Assembly: GCF_006345805.1 (NCBI RefSeq)
Contig: NC_042997.1
Coordinates: 143,592,001 to 143,656,000 of the forward strand
Source of the DNA: Octopus sinensis
Taxonomy: Eukaryota
Direction: 5' to 3'
Length of the DNA: 64,000 nt
This document shows positions 63,632 through 64,000 of this stretch, piece by piece. The notes below the pieces were generated by a model. It worked only from the letters and a program-made list of their open reading frames with translations. It was not told the origin of the DNA and did not search any database. A program made the translations under genes and the position numbers. Every line of letters starts with the position of its first letter. Position 1 is the first letter of the stretch.

Positions 63632-64000
63632 ATATATTTTTAAATGTCTTTCTTTGAAAAATTGCATTCGGTGGGATTAGTAATATTTTTGGTAGAAATG
63701 ACTGATTGTCCCTCTTAGCGTATGGCGTGTATGTAGAATGCCTCCTGGCATGTATGTATAATGCCCTCTATATATAAATTAATATGTTCAATAAGAAATA
63801 ATTATTTTCGAAATTTTTTCTCTTATGAGGTTTTTACGCTATCTACCTGACAATTTCTTGTTAAGTTTTCCTTATTAAGTAGTTGTCCTTAATTGCTAAA
63901 TTTTTATTCCGAAAAAACTTTTCCTCTCCCGAAATGCAATTCGTAAAAGTTTGCCATTCATCCGGATATAGTATATATAAACCCACCCATGTGCTTCGTT

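Larger units (their letters stand above)
60761..64000 (+). repeat. ~480-bp tandem array (6 full monomers + 1 partial, continues past the window), one hammerhead per monomer; retrozyme-like
   Basis: Monomer starts at 60761, 61241, 61722, 62203, 62683, 63162, 63643; only a few differences between monomers. Confidence 0.97.

Overview
Eukaryotic, AT-rich, repeat-saturated DNA with no confidently identified host gene. The three tRNA-derived SINE groups and the dense TA/CA/TATC/TAA microsatellites strongly resemble Octopus (cephalopod) genomic DNA; this is inference, not a database result. Most ORFs in the supplied track are microsatellite or SINE artefacts. Recognisable coding remnants all belong to transposons: an old APE-RT LINE scattered over 4.1-9.3 kb, a Mutator/MULE transposon with a 9-bp TSD, four R4/Dong-type RLE LINE pieces, and two Penelope-like elements (PLE; GIY-YIG with or without RT). 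Non-autonomous Helitrons and mariner MITEs are also present. The most notable signal is RNA-level: many type I hammerhead ribozyme (HHR) motifs. They occur in PLE pseudo-LTRs, in foldback remnants, in a ~200-bp mini-element, and in a >99% identical ~480-bp tandem array (60761 to window end). Each of the six complete monomers of that array carries the same HHR fold, which resembles a non-LTR retrozyme (a circular-RNA-producing retroelement). All folds were read by eye and coordinates of degraded repeats are approximate. No CRISPR array, rRNA or functional tRNA gene was found.
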